Positions 39,674 to 49,556 are shown, numbered from the stretch's first letter. The stretch: 59,317 nucleotides of DNA from an uncultured bacterium (GCA_964511015.1 CAZEDX010000020.1:1-59317); one strand, 5' to 3'. The notes: generated by a model not told the origin, from the sequence alone. Numbers and translations: made by a program.

Positions 39674-39898
39674 TTGTTGCCTACTATTGTGCGTTCGTTC
39701 AAATCGGCGGCAACGAAATACATTCGATCGACATTTGGTATTGACAGCGCTTGGCGACGCGGCTTCTATGAGCACGTTGTTCGTGGCGATGACGTTCTCT
39801 ATCGTCTTTGTGAATACATTTCCCACAATGCGGCCAACTGGGAACACGACGAATTTCGTCCGATTGATTTATGGGGACTGTATGGGCGGAACGGCTAG
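39674..39898 (+). pseudogene. 3' fragment of an IS200/IS605-family (RAYT-like) Y1 transposase
   Basis: 74-aa ORF with a TTG start. LPTIVRSFKSAATKYIRSTFGIDSAWRRGFYEHVVRGDDVLYRLCEYISHNAANWEHDEF matches the C-terminal half of TnpA(IS200)/RAYT proteins (wqR.fyehvir...eYI..Np..W). No HUH N-terminal half is present upstream in frame. Confidence 0.45.
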
Positions 39899-39906
39899 TG
39901 TCCACT

Positions 39907-40458
39907 CTACCTTTCCCCCACGATCCCGACGCCTTCGAGCTCTTTCAGCACGCGCTGCGTTTCCGCTTTGCTATTTGTCTTGAACACCCGCACTGAGCCG
40001 CTGCGCCAGTTCAGGTCGATTACGCGCATCACACCGCCGGTGTGGTCGAACAGATCGACACCCGCGTTGGCCCGAACTTCCGCCAGCGAACACAACATGT
40101 CGCCTTCGCGCTTTCGCAGCACACCCTGTGCCAGATCGGCCACCAGAATATTTTTGACCTCGTCCCAATTCTGGCGCCGGCGGCGCAGATAGGCTTTCAG
40201 GCAGAGAATAGCCACGGTCAGGAAAAAGGCGAACAGCAAGACCAGCACCAAACCGGCGATTAACGCGGCGTTTTCGCCAGGTTTGTAGAACGTGGTCAAC
40301 ACAATCACGCTCCAGACGCCCGCGAACAGCGCCAGTCCGCCGGTGATGCAGGCCGCTAGCCCCACGTCAAGGGTGTGGCGGTAGAGGAAAAATATCTCGT
40401 TGGACGCGCGGCGGATTTCATAGCCCGATTCCTGGGCCAGGACCTGGCTGTCAGTCAT
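39907..40458 (-). CDS. Hypothetical membrane protein
   Basis: 183 aa with two predicted TM helices. No family recognised. Confidence 0.4.
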   Translation of the reverse strand: MTDSQVLAQESGYEIRRASNEIFFLYRHTLDVGLAACITGGLALFAGVWSVIVLTTFYKPGENAALIAGLVLVLLFAFFLTVAILCLKAYLRRRRQNWDEVKNILVADLAQGVLRKREGDMLCSLAEVRANAGVDLFDHTGGVMRVIDLNWRSGSVRVFKTNSKAETQRVLKELEGVGIVGER

Positions 40459-40740
40459 GGTCGGCTCATTTGATGGTGGTTGGCTCTTAAAGGTTAGCAG
40501 TCATGACCTCGATAAACAATGGTTCGTCGCGCCTGGCCTGACCATTCATCCTCGTGGCGTTGATTAGGCATCACTACTGAAACTATGATTTCAAAAACGG
40601 CTTTTGGACAAGCTAAGTTATTGATTTTATGAGGATTGCCTTCAGTTCGAAAATCGAGCTTGTCGGCATGGTGAAAACGGTGTGCAAAACAAGTCGGACT
40701 GCAAGAGATTGGTTTAATCGGGAGTAGATGGAGCGAATAG

Positions 40741-40954
40741 TGTACAAGACACGTTCCCATTTTGGACAAGAGTTTGTTACAGGGAAGGTTGCACCGTTGC
40801 CGCGGGCAACATCAGCGCCGACCAGTTGTTCGTCGACCAGGCCAACGGCGACTATCACCTGCAAAACGGCAGCCCCTGCATCAACGCCGGAGTCGACCCG
40901 ATTCCCGACTACCTGGGCGAAGAATACGCAAGTTATGTCAACTGGGTTTTCTAA
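40741..40954 (+). pseudogene. C-terminal remnant of a right-handed parallel beta-helix (pectate-lyase-like) protein gene
   Basis: A frame open from 40741 to TAA at 40952..40954 encodes ...GCTVAAGNISADQLFVDQANGDYHLQNGSPCINAGVDPIPDYLGEEYASYVNWVF*. This is the characteristic C-terminal tail of beta-helix proteins. No start codon or upstream body is present. Confidence 0.4.
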
Positions 40955-41120
40955 GGCGATTCCCGGCCTTACGGGGCAGGGTGGTATATCGGCCTCGACG
41001 ATGGATGATATAGTGGTACGGCCTTCACCGGCCTTGTGAGCCCGTCTCGATTCCCATTGACACTCGTCCGACGTGGCCGTAGCATGTGCGGCGCTTTTTC
41101 GATACGGGAGATAATACGCA

Positions 41121-41933
41121 GTGGCCAAGAAGTACAAGATCACCAGAAAGCAAATCAAGCAGGACGACAAGTTCGTCGCCGCCCTGAAAGACGTAACCCG
41201 CAAGATCGTGAACAAGACGACCGGCCAGGAGGCCTCGGAATTCGATTGGCCGCGGATTTTACTGCTCACGGCCATTGGGTTGGCGGTGGTAATTCTCATC
41301 ACCGGCGCGGTCTTTAGCATTATGCACTACCGGCATGGCAAGGCGGAACGCCTGATAGCCCTGGCCGACACGATCTATCGCGCCCCGGTGGTGACAAAGG
41401 CTGAATACGATTCCGATCCGACCTACCGCACCATGGGCGCCTATACCGACGCGAAGAAAAAGTGGTCCGACGCCGCCGAGCGCTACGAAGCCGTCGTCGC
41501 GGCGTATCCGAGCTCCGAATTCGGTGTGCTTTCGCTGTTGTACCTCGGCAATTGTTACTACGAGCTGGGTGAATATCAGGAAGCCACCGCGCGTTACGAG
41601 GCCTACGTGAAGAAGGCCGGCAACGGCGCGCCGTTCGCCCCGTTGGCCCGTCAGAGCATCGGTTACGCGCAGGAAGCAGCGAACAAACTCGACGACGCGG
41701 AAAAGACCTTTCTGGCGCTCTCCGGCGAAGAGGGTTCGGCTATCGCGTTGTTGAGTCTGTTCGATCTAGCCCGGATCTACGAAGAGAAGAAGGATCTGCC
41801 CAAAGCCCTGGAAACCCTGAAAAAGGCCGCGGCGTCCGAGGCCATGAGCAGCCCGGAATTCTTCCAGCTCAAGCGGAAGATCGAAGGAAAGATCAAGGCC
41901 CTCGAAGCGGCGAGCGGAGCCGCGGTTTCCTGA
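41121..41933 (+). CDS. YfgM-like TPR-repeat membrane protein
   Basis: 270 aa. One TM helix, then TPR-like repeats. Immediately followed by bamB, as with yfgM-bamB in E. coli. Confidence 0.6.
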   Translation: MAKKYKITRKQIKQDDKFVAALKDVTRKIVNKTTGQEASEFDWPRILLLTAIGLAVVILITGAVFSIMHYRHGKAERLIALADTIYRAPVVTKAEYDSDPTYRTMGAYTDAKKKWSDAAERYEAVVAAYPSSEFGVLSLLYLGNCYYELGEYQEATARYEAYVKKAGNGAPFAPLARQSIGYAQEAANKLDDAEKTFLALSGEEGSAIALLSLFDLARIYEEKKDLPKALETLKKAAASEAMSSPEFFQLKRKIEGKIKALEAASGAAVS

Positions 41934-43138
41934 TGACCTTTCGCCGCGCCATCGCGCTCGTTGCACTCCTGGCGCTGGCCCTCGGCGCTCTTGGCTGCCG
42001 CGTCAGCAGCACGGTCGTCGTGCCGGTGTCACCCGATCAACCCGCAGTCCAAGGTCCGACGCCTCTGCGCACCCTCTGGGCCCGCACGCTCATGGACCCG
42101 CGCACGCAGGACATCTGGCGGCCGATGCAATACGCGATTCCCACGCCTGATGGCGACCGCGTTTATCTCGGCAACACCAACCACGTGTTCTACGCCTTCA
42201 ACGCCAAAAACGGCGAGATCTTGTGGTCCTTCAACACCGCCGGACCAGTCGAATGTGGCGCCGTGGTATCGGGCGAACGTGTCGTCTTCGGCGACGGTGA
42301 CGGCCGCATCTACTGTGTCAATCGCGCCAACGGCCGCCTGTTCTGGACCTACCAGGTTCAAGGACAGGTGCTTGGTTCGCTGGCCACCAACGGCAATCTG
42401 GTGTTCATCCGCACTACCCATGAACGCCTCTACGCTGTAACGCTCGCCGACGGCAAATGGAAATGGATGCAGTCGCGCGAATTGCCTCCGAACTTCACCA
42501 TTCGTGGCGTCGCTTCGCCGCTGGTCGACGGCGACCGCGTCATCGCCGGCTTCGCCGACGGCTACCTGTTCGGCTTCAACACCGCCGATGGCTCCGAAGT
42601 CTTCAAGACGTTGCTCCAAAAAGGCGAGCGCTTTACCGATGTTGACGCTACCCCGCTAATCGACGGCGAATACATGTATGTTGCCAGCTACGGCGGCACC
42701 TTCTATTGCCTAAGCCGGCGTGAGGCGGCGATCCAGTGGACGAACCGGATAGGGAGCGTGAACCGCGCCGCCGTATCAGGCGACCGGGTTTTCCTGTCCG
42801 ACGATTCCGGCTTCGTACACGCCCTGAACAAACGCACCGGGGAGAAGCTTTGGTCCTTCGATTTGCGCGAGTTCGACCAGGCGCAATCGCTGGCCAGCGG
42901 ACCGCGACACCAGCTCAAAGTTGCGACCGCGCCGCTGCCGTTCCACGGCGTGGTGCTGACCGCCAGTTCGAACGGCTATTTCTACGCTCTCGACGAAGCC
43001 ACCGGTAAACCGGTGTGGCACTACTGGCCGGGATACGGCATAACCACGGCTATGGTCCGTGACGGCGAGAAGATCTTCGTTCATTCGAACGGCGGTAACC
43101 TTTATTGCTTGGCTAGCAATTTACGGTTTCACCAGTAA
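41933..43138 (+). CDS. bamB: Outer-membrane protein assembly factor BamB (PQQ-like beta-propeller lipoprotein)
   Basis: 401 aa. Lipoprotein signal LALGALGC. Repeated PQQ-like blades (YAFNAKNGEILWSF, YCVNRANGRLFWTY, YALDEATGKPVWHY). Confidence 0.7.
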   Translation: MTFRRAIALVALLALALGALGCRVSSTVVVPVSPDQPAVQGPTPLRTLWARTLMDPRTQDIWRPMQYAIPTPDGDRVYLGNTNHVFYAFNAKNGEILWSFNTAGPVECGAVVSGERVVFGDGDGRIYCVNRANGRLFWTYQVQGQVLGSLATNGNLVFIRTTHERLYAVTLADGKWKWMQSRELPPNFTIRGVASPLVDGDRVIAGFADGYLFGFNTADGSEVFKTLLQKGERFTDVDATPLIDGEYMYVASYGGTFYCLSRREAAIQWTNRIGSVNRAAVSGDRVFLSDDSGFVHALNKRTGEKLWSFDLREFDQAQSLASGPRHQLKVATAPLPFHGVVLTASSNGYFYALDEATGKPVWHYWPGYGITTAMVRDGEKIFVHSNGGNLYCLASNLRFHQ

Positions 43139-43240
43139 CAATCACTGGAAATAGGGCAGATTATTGAGCTTTTCTGGAAAGACTTGCATAATGCGAATAG
43201 TTACATAATATGTCTTATGCGCTTAATATGCATTTGAGAC

Positions 43241-44113
43241 TCATTGAGCCGGGGTAGCTTCCACACCCTCAACAGTGGGCTTTTCGTAGCCAAAACCGGT
43301 TACGCCAAAGGCCGCTGAGATACCTTTTTCTATCAACTCCGCATCAACTTCTGACGGTTGGTTGGTGAATTCGGTCAGAATCCGCCAGGCGGTTGTCTTA
43401 TCTTTCTTTGCGTGGACTGGATAAAGATACGTATAGAGCTGCCGCATATCGGCCTGCAACGCCAGCGCAGCTAAGCGATTCTGTTTCGCTTTGTCCGGCA
43501 AAGCCTGCCATTGCGCCATCCGTTTGAGAACGCCGGAGGCAAACAGCGTCCGCGTGAATTGCCGGACCTTGGCTGCCGCCGTCGGATCGCCGGACTTCCG
43601 CCAATCCTGCAAGGCCTTCTCGAGCAGCGCCGATGCACCCGGAGTTTCCTCGTCGGCGAATGCCAGCAACGGCCGCACGACTACGGTGGCCCGTTCTGCA
43701 CGCTCGGCGTGAGACATGGCCAGTTCTGCCTTGGTCTTCGGTTCTAGCAGCGCATCTAAGTGGTACAACATTGCCCGCAGCAATGTACGGCGCAAAATCA
43801 CCGCCGGAATGGCCGGATACTCCGCCACCTGACCTTCCTTGATCGCATCCTCCGCCTTGAAATTTAGCGCCATATTGTCTTCGAACCGGTCGGTGTACGC
43901 GACCACCCTCGCCGTCTTGCTGTCATACAATAACTGCACTTTGGACCACGGCACCTCACGGGCCACCAGTGCCCGGTCGAGTTTGGCGATTTGGTCGGCC
44001 GCGTGCTGTAGATCCGCCACGCTCAGGCCGCGCGGAATGGTCAGCAGAAACAACACAACGAACACCACAACAACCACACCACAGAAAATCGCCATTTTGA
44101 CTGATGTGCGCAT
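43241..44113 (-). CDS. Hypothetical membrane-anchored protein, translationally coupled to apbE
   Basis: Refined start MRTSVKMAIFCGVVVVVFVVLF (TM anchor), whose ATG overlaps the apbE TGA (TGATG). ORF-track start 44320 is an extension running into apbE. Confidence 0.45.
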   Translation of the reverse strand: MRTSVKMAIFCGVVVVVFVVLFLLTIPRGLSVADLQHAADQIAKLDRALVAREVPWSKVQLLYDSKTARVVAYTDRFEDNMALNFKAEDAIKEGQVAEYPAIPAVILRRTLLRAMLYHLDALLEPKTKAELAMSHAERAERATVVVRPLLAFADEETPGASALLEKALQDWRKSGDPTAAAKVRQFTRTLFASGVLKRMAQWQALPDKAKQNRLAALALQADMRQLYTYLYPVHAKKDKTTAWRILTEFTNQPSEVDAELIEKGISAAFGVTGFGYEKPTVEGVEATPAQ

Positions 44114-45138
44114 CAGTTCTCCATTCTTTTGATCTGGACTCGTTGGGCGAAATTTGTGCTCATGTGTTCGCGGCCCGCCGTATCGATGATCAAAGCCGCA
44201 TATGCCGGATATTTTTCGGCCAGCATCGCCAATCCTTCTTGTGGCCCTAACACGAACACCGCTGTTGCCAACGCGTCGGCCAACGCGGCATGAGGCCCAA
44301 GAATGGTCACACTTTGGCACAAGGGTGCCGGTCGTCCGACACGCGGATCGATAATATGATGGTAGCGGACTCCACCACGCATGACAAAGCGCTCGTAGTC
44401 ACCGGAGGTGGCGACCGCCAGATCGCCCATCACCCGCAGCACGGCGTAATTCTCGCCCGCCAAACGCCGTGGGTGGCGAATCCCGATGCGGAATGGTTTT
44501 CCTAAGTGCGAACCGATAGCGATCATATCGCCGCTCGCGTCAACGATGGCATTGGCGACGCCGTGTGTGCGCATCACCTGTGCCAAGATATCCGCCAACC
44601 AGCCCGGTGCGATCGCGCCCAAGCCAACGCTCATGCCGGTCTGATCCAGAAACGCCGTGCGCGTGGCGACGTCAAGATGCAGATGCCGATAGCCGACCAA
44701 TTTCAACGCCGCGGCGATGTCTGCCTCGGTCGGCAATGCCGCTTCCGGATTCTTCAGATTCCACAGATGGCTAGCGCTGGCAAAGGTGACATCGAAGGCG
44801 CCGCCGGAGGCTTCCGCCACCTGTTGCGCTAGTTGCAATACGGCGAATACCTCCCGGCTTATGGCCACCGGCTCTTTGCCCGCGGCGGCATTGATGCGTG
44901 ATAAGTCGGATTGTGGCGAGTGTGGATTCACCAGTGCAACCACGCGATCGACTTCCGCCCGGGCGGCGGCAATCGCCTCTTCCGCCACTGCGGTTTCAGC
45001 GCCGTAGATCTGCACACCGAATGGCGCCCCGATCAGCGGCCAAGTTCGGCTGATGACTTCCTCTTTCTCCGGTGGCGCTTTCGGCGTACATGTCGCCACC
45101 AGCGTACACAACAACAAGACGGCGATCACGCACCTCAT
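44113..45138 (-). CDS. apbE: FAD:protein FMN transferase (ApbE family) lipoprotein
   Basis: 341 aa. Lipoprotein signal LLLCTLVATC. ApbE-family blocks (SRINAAAGKEPV, GAFDVT, GLGAIAPGWLADI, VDASGDM, HIIDPRVGRP). Confidence 0.8.
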   Translation of the reverse strand: MRCVIAVLLLCTLVATCTPKAPPEKEEVISRTWPLIGAPFGVQIYGAETAVAEEAIAAARAEVDRVVALVNPHSPQSDLSRINAAAGKEPVAISREVFAVLQLAQQVAEASGGAFDVTFASASHLWNLKNPEAALPTEADIAAALKLVGYRHLHLDVATRTAFLDQTGMSVGLGAIAPGWLADILAQVMRTHGVANAIVDASGDMIAIGSHLGKPFRIGIRHPRRLAGENYAVLRVMGDLAVATSGDYERFVMRGGVRYHHIIDPRVGRPAPLCQSVTILGPHAALADALATAVFVLGPQEGLAMLAEKYPAYAALIIDTAGREHMSTNFAQRVQIKRMEN

Positions 45139-46130
45139 GGGGTGCCCTTATCGTCGGCTAGCGCCTTGGCGATCAACTCCGCCGCCTGCTCTATCACTTC
45201 GCGTTTGGCGCCGGACATTGGTTCGAGGAATGCCGTGTGACGGTCGTAGAGGAACAGCCGTCCGCCGCAGCCGGTCAGCATTTGATCGAACCGCGGCAGC
45301 CAGGCGGTGGTAGCCAGTTCGCCCGGCGTGCGCAGGATCAGTCGCGGTAGATCGTCGAAAAACACCAACGCGACGTCGCCGTTCTGCCGGCGCAGCACTT
45401 CATCAACCAACAACCGGTATTCGATACGCTCGGTAGACGCCAGGCCCATCAGCACGAGCCGCCGTCCGCCCGCCGCGATGGTGTGAAACGGAGTGGCGGC
45501 GAAATCGAGAATTTCCTGCCACCGTCCTTCGCCGGCGTCACGCAAAGCCGGGTCGAACGCTTGTACGCGGTTGTCGATCAGCGGATGAACCGCCTGGCGG
45601 ATGGCGAACGGTTCGAGTTGCACCGCCAGAAAAACAAAAAACCAACTACGCCACGGCTCATCGAGTTCTTCCGGGCGGGACCGCACCGCGTGCGCAAGTA
45701 GGAGATCGGTTTCATGTTTAGCGCCCAAGTGCGAAAGCAGTAACGCGCTGCTGGATTCACCACCGGGATCGTGGATCAGCCGTACGCCCGCCGCCCGCAG
45801 CCGTGCCGCATGAACCGGGTTCAAATGATGATGATCCACCCACTCGACATGGCCCAATCCCGGGCGCAGTAAGACCTTGGTTATCGATTCGAGATCGGGG
45901 TCGACCAACGGCAGGCAAGCGCAGTGCAGGTTCCGCCATTTCGCGTTCGGGTCGGTCAGCGCAGGGATCGCAAACAGTTGCCCGGTTCGCCCTTCAGGCG
46001 TGAAGAGCATGGTGTTACAATGAGGCAAGGCTCTGGCCCAGATAACTGCGCTGACGATGCCGTCAACGGTGGCGGCCGCCACTACCGCGGCGCGGTTGTC
46101 GGCTACCGGCACCAGCACGCCGTCGCTCAT
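45135..46130 (-). CDS. Hypothetical protein with DHH-like motif
   Basis: 331 aa. VDHHHLNP (DHH motif) and TVDGIVSA (motif-I-like with a single Asp). 4-nt overlaps on both sides. Family assignment is tentative. Confidence 0.35.
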   Translation of the reverse strand: MSDGVLVPVADNRAAVVAAATVDGIVSAVIWARALPHCNTMLFTPEGRTGQLFAIPALTDPNAKWRNLHCACLPLVDPDLESITKVLLRPGLGHVEWVDHHHLNPVHAARLRAAGVRLIHDPGGESSSALLLSHLGAKHETDLLLAHAVRSRPEELDEPWRSWFFVFLAVQLEPFAIRQAVHPLIDNRVQAFDPALRDAGEGRWQEILDFAATPFHTIAAGGRRLVLMGLASTERIEYRLLVDEVLRRQNGDVALVFFDDLPRLILRTPGELATTAWLPRFDQMLTGCGGRLFLYDRHTAFLEPMSGAKREVIEQAAELIAKALADDKGTP

Positions 46131-47557
46131 CTCCGTTCCAACCCCCGCAGGTAGTCGATGGTCTTTTGCGGCAGACCACCGAAGCCGCCGTTCGACAGAA
46201 ACACCACCTGGTCGCCGGGTCGCATCAGCTCGCGCAACTGCGTCGAGGCCGTGTCGTAGTCCGGCGCGTAGCGTGCATCCTTGCCCTGCCCGGCCAATTC
46301 GCGTACCAACCGTTCGACGTCAAGCTTGTCCGCCGGCAGCGTGCCGCCTTTGGCGAAGACCTCACATAGGATAACAACATCGGCTCCGCCGAAGGCCTGC
46401 GCGTATTCCGTTTGAAAAATATTGCGCCGCGAGGTGTTGCTGCGCGGTTCAAAGACCGCAATGACCCGCCGACCTGGTCGGGCCACGCGCAGGCTTTCCA
46501 GGGTAACGCGCACGGCGGTCGGGTGATGGCCGAAATCGTCGATCACCAATACACCGGCTGCTTCACCGCGCACTTGTTGCCGCCGTTTGACCCCGGCGAA
46601 AGTCGCCAGCCCTTGCTGCACATCAGCCAGCGGCAGACCGAGATGATCGGCCAGCACCAAGGTGGCCAGAATGTTCTTCAAGTTGTAGCCGCCGACGATT
46701 TGCGTCTCAAACAAGCCATATTCAGTGCCGCGCGCGAACACTCGAGAAGTCATGCGATCCGAATACATGCTTTCGATTTTTCCGGTCCAGTCTGCCGGCC
46801 GGTCGACAGCATAGGTCACCACCCGGCATTTCGCGCCGGCGCACAACTCGTTCACCGTTGGACAGTCGATACCGGCAATGAGGAGTCCTTCAGGCGGCAG
46901 GCTTTCGACCAGCAACGAGAAGGCGTGACGCACCGCCGCGAAATCCGGGTAGATATCGGCATGGTCGAATTCGACGTTGCCCAGAATCGCGATGTCTGGC
47001 CGGTAGCGCACGAACTTGGCGATTTTGTCGAACCAGGCCGTGTCGTACTCGTCGCCCTCAACAATGGCCAGGCGGCCCTGCCCGACGTGGTAGCTGGCGT
47101 CGGTGTTCACCAACACGCCGCCCACCAGATAGGTCGGATCAAGTCTGGCCGTCGTCGCGATCCATGAAGCCAGCGCGGTGGTGGTGGTTTTGCCGTGTGT
47201 GCCGCAGACCGCTACGGTCGTGCGTTCGTTGAAGAAAAACAGGCGCAACGCCTCGGGCATCGATACATAAGGCACGCCCGAGGCGATTGCGGCATCACCC
47301 TCGGGATTGCCCTTGCTGATCACGTTGCCGATTACGATCAGATCAGGGCGCGGTTCGAGGTGTTCAGGCAGATACCCTTGCATGATCGGAATACCGAGTG
47401 CGTCAAGTTGGTCGCTCATAGGCGGATAGACGTTTTGATCGGAGCCGGTCACATACAGGCCTTTGGCCTTGAGCATACCGGCGAGGCTGCCCATGCCCGC
47501 GCCACAAATGGCAACCAGATGAACGTGGCGGATCTGGGCCGGATCGATGTTCTTCAC
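46127..47557 (-). CDS. mpl: UDP-N-acetylmuramate:L-alanyl-gamma-D-glutamyl-meso-diaminopimelate ligase (murein peptide ligase)
   Basis: 476 aa. N-terminus IRHVHLVAICGAGMGSLAGMLKAKGLYVTGSDQNVYPPMSDQLDALGIPIMQGY closely parallels E. coli Mpl. Mur ligase ATP motif GTHGKTTTT. Confidence 0.8.
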   Translation of the reverse strand: MKNIDPAQIRHVHLVAICGAGMGSLAGMLKAKGLYVTGSDQNVYPPMSDQLDALGIPIMQGYLPEHLEPRPDLIVIGNVISKGNPEGDAAIASGVPYVSMPEALRLFFFNERTTVAVCGTHGKTTTTALASWIATTARLDPTYLVGGVLVNTDASYHVGQGRLAIVEGDEYDTAWFDKIAKFVRYRPDIAILGNVEFDHADIYPDFAAVRHAFSLLVESLPPEGLLIAGIDCPTVNELCAGAKCRVVTYAVDRPADWTGKIESMYSDRMTSRVFARGTEYGLFETQIVGGYNLKNILATLVLADHLGLPLADVQQGLATFAGVKRRQQVRGEAAGVLVIDDFGHHPTAVRVTLESLRVARPGRRVIAVFEPRSNTSRRNIFQTEYAQAFGGADVVILCEVFAKGGTLPADKLDVERLVRELAGQGKDARYAPDYDTASTQLRELMRPGDQVVFLSNGGFGGLPQKTIDYLRGLERR

Positions 47558-48630
47558 CGTGGTAACTCCGTAACGACCGCGTCATGTACCTGCGGTCGCA
47601 ATTCTTGATGGATCTGGTTTTCGCGTGTTGGGTGGACGCGATTGGTCAGTAGAATGATCGTCAGTTCCCGTTCCGGATCGCACCAGGCGCTGACGCCGGT
47701 GAATCCCAGGTGGCCGAAGGTCATGGGTCCCAGGTAACGCCCCGCCGCCGACTGTTCGCCGCTGGGAGCGTCGAAACCCAACCAACGTGTTCGCATCGGC
47801 GGCGGCGCCTTCCGCGACAGAAACGCCGCCATGGTATCGGATTGGAATATCCGCCCGGATCCCGCACGCGCCAGACGAAATTCCTCCATGACGGCTGCCA
47901 CTCCCGCTGCTGTCCCGAACAAACCGGCCTGTCCCAGACAGCCGCCGGCAGCCCAGGCGTTTTCGTCGCTTACCTCACCGACCAGAACGCGCCGGCGCCA
48001 TGGGCAGTCTTCGGTCGCCGCGATGCGCAGGCCGGGCTGTGGATCGACCTGAAGAAAAGCCAGTTGATCACCGGCCAGCGGTTGCAGGATTTCACGCGTG
48101 ACAAACCGGTCGAGCGGTTCGCCGGTCACCGCCTCGACGGCAAAACCGATCAGGGCAAAACCGACATCGCTGTAAAGCTCGCGCGTGTTGGCCGGGTATT
48201 CGGCGGATTCATTCAGATGCAGGCGCCGCAGCGATTCCCTGGCCGCAGGCGTATTCGGCACAGCGTCGTCGACCCGTTCGAAGAACGGCCGCCAGGCTGC
48301 GGCACCGCTGGAGTGTGCCAGGAACGCGCGCAATGTCGCTTCGGCCAGCGGCGAACGCAGCTCGGACAAGTAGCGTCCAAGCGGTTCGTCCAAGCACATC
48401 ATACCGCGTTGCACCAGCAGCATAACCGCGGGAGTGGTAGCTAGAATCTTGGTCAGACTGGCAAGATCAAACCAGGTGTCGATGTCGACCGGCAGCGGTG
48501 CATCGAAGCGTGTTACTCCGTGCGCGGTGTAGTGGACAGTTCGGCCTGCCTGATCGACTCGCAACACGGCGCCCGGCAGGCGGCGCGGTGCGACAGCGGC
48601 ATCGAGCAGACGCGCCGGGCCGGTCAGCAT
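47554..48630 (-). CDS. Serine hydrolase, beta-lactamase/PBP (AmpH-like) family
   Basis: 358 aa. SxxK (ASLTKIL), YSD (YxN-like) and HLGFTGVS (K/H-T/S-G) motifs. Confidence 0.7.
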   Translation of the reverse strand: MLTGPARLLDAAVAPRRLPGAVLRVDQAGRTVHYTAHGVTRFDAPLPVDIDTWFDLASLTKILATTPAVMLLVQRGMMCLDEPLGRYLSELRSPLAEATLRAFLAHSSGAAAWRPFFERVDDAVPNTPAARESLRRLHLNESAEYPANTRELYSDVGFALIGFAVEAVTGEPLDRFVTREILQPLAGDQLAFLQVDPQPGLRIAATEDCPWRRRVLVGEVSDENAWAAGGCLGQAGLFGTAAGVAAVMEEFRLARAGSGRIFQSDTMAAFLSRKAPPPMRTRWLGFDAPSGEQSAAGRYLGPMTFGHLGFTGVSAWCDPERELTIILLTNRVHPTRENQIHQELRPQVHDAVVTELPR

Positions 48631-49556
48631 ACGCCGGCCGCCAAAAATCGCACGCGGTGCGCGCGCGAGTCCAGTTCGACCGGCACGCCCAGCGGCACCA
48701 AGCGGTTGTGCCCCTGGTGGCCGTATTCGACGCCGGCCAGAATCGGCACGCCGAGGCCGCCCAGGCAGTCGAGCAGCAGATCCAGCAACGTCGTGTCTTC
48801 CACATCAGGGCCGAAATCGCCGCATACCACGCCGGCAACGCCGTCGAGGTGTCCGCCGAGGCGGAGCGAGGTCAGCGCGCGGTCGATGCGGTATGGCGCC
48901 TCGTTGATATCTTCGATCAGCAGAATTGCGCCGCGAAGGTCGGGCAGCCGGCGCGAAACCGCCATGTGGCACAGAAGTGTCAGATTGCCGCCGGTAAGCC
49001 AACCGGTCACTGTTTCTTTGCTAGAGCTGGCGGCATGCCGCGCCATCAACGGCGGCGGCGGTGTGGTGCGCGTCAAGGTGTCGAAATAGACCACTCGTTG
49101 GGTGGGGTCCATGGTTGTGGTTTGGTGGCTGGCCATCATCGGCCCGCTGAAGGTCACCAGGTGGCAGCGCCGCCACAGGTCAAGTTGCAACGCGGTAACG
49201 TCGGAGAAGCCGACAATGACCTTGGGGTGCTTCTGCAACCGTTCGCACTCGAGCCGGTCGAGCATCCGCAGCGAACCGTAGCCGCCGCGCGCGGCCACGA
49301 TAGCCTTGGTTTCCGGGTCGTTGATGGCGGTCTGCAGAATGGCCAGGCGGTGTTCGTCATCGCCGGCCAGATAACGGTACTGGCGGTTCAGGTCTTCCGG
49401 CAAGCGCACATCGAACCCTTGCGCGCGCCAGATCGCCGCTCCTTCTTGTAGCAGTTGTTCGTCAAATGGGCCGGCGGGCGCAACCACGGCGATGGCATCG
49501 CCGGGGCGCAGTACCGGCGGTCGGATCATACGTAGCAGATTGGTTGCGGTAGTCAT
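48624..49556 (-). CDS. ldcA: LD-carboxypeptidase (muramoyltetrapeptide carboxypeptidase, S66)
   Basis: 310 aa. LRPGDAIAVVAPAGP N-terminus, GGYGSLRML (Ser nucleophile region), and a C-terminal Glu/His region typical of LdcA. Confidence 0.75.
   Translation of the reverse strand: MTTATNLLRMIRPPVLRPGDAIAVVAPAGPFDEQLLQEGAAIWRAQGFDVRLPEDLNRQYRYLAGDDEHRLAILQTAINDPETKAIVAARGGYGSLRMLDRLECERLQKHPKVIVGFSDVTALQLDLWRRCHLVTFSGPMMASHQTTTMDPTQRVVYFDTLTRTTPPPPLMARHAASSSKETVTGWLTGGNLTLLCHMAVSRRLPDLRGAILLIEDINEAPYRIDRALTSLRLGGHLDGVAGVVCGDFGPDVEDTTLLDLLLDCLGGLGVPILAGVEYGHQGHNRLVPLGVPVELDSRAHRVRFLAAGVC

Noticed and set aside
40613-41320. 235-aa minus-strand ORF
   Set aside because: Overlaps the yfgM-like gene start and the beta-helix remnant. 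No motifs. More plausibly non-coding or remnant DNA.
43241-44113. Membrane protein downstream of apbE as an FMN_bind-type flavinylation substrate
   Set aside because: No canonical D-x-x-[ST]-G-A-[ST] flavinylation motif found (the closest is ETPGASA). Kept only as a coupling observation.
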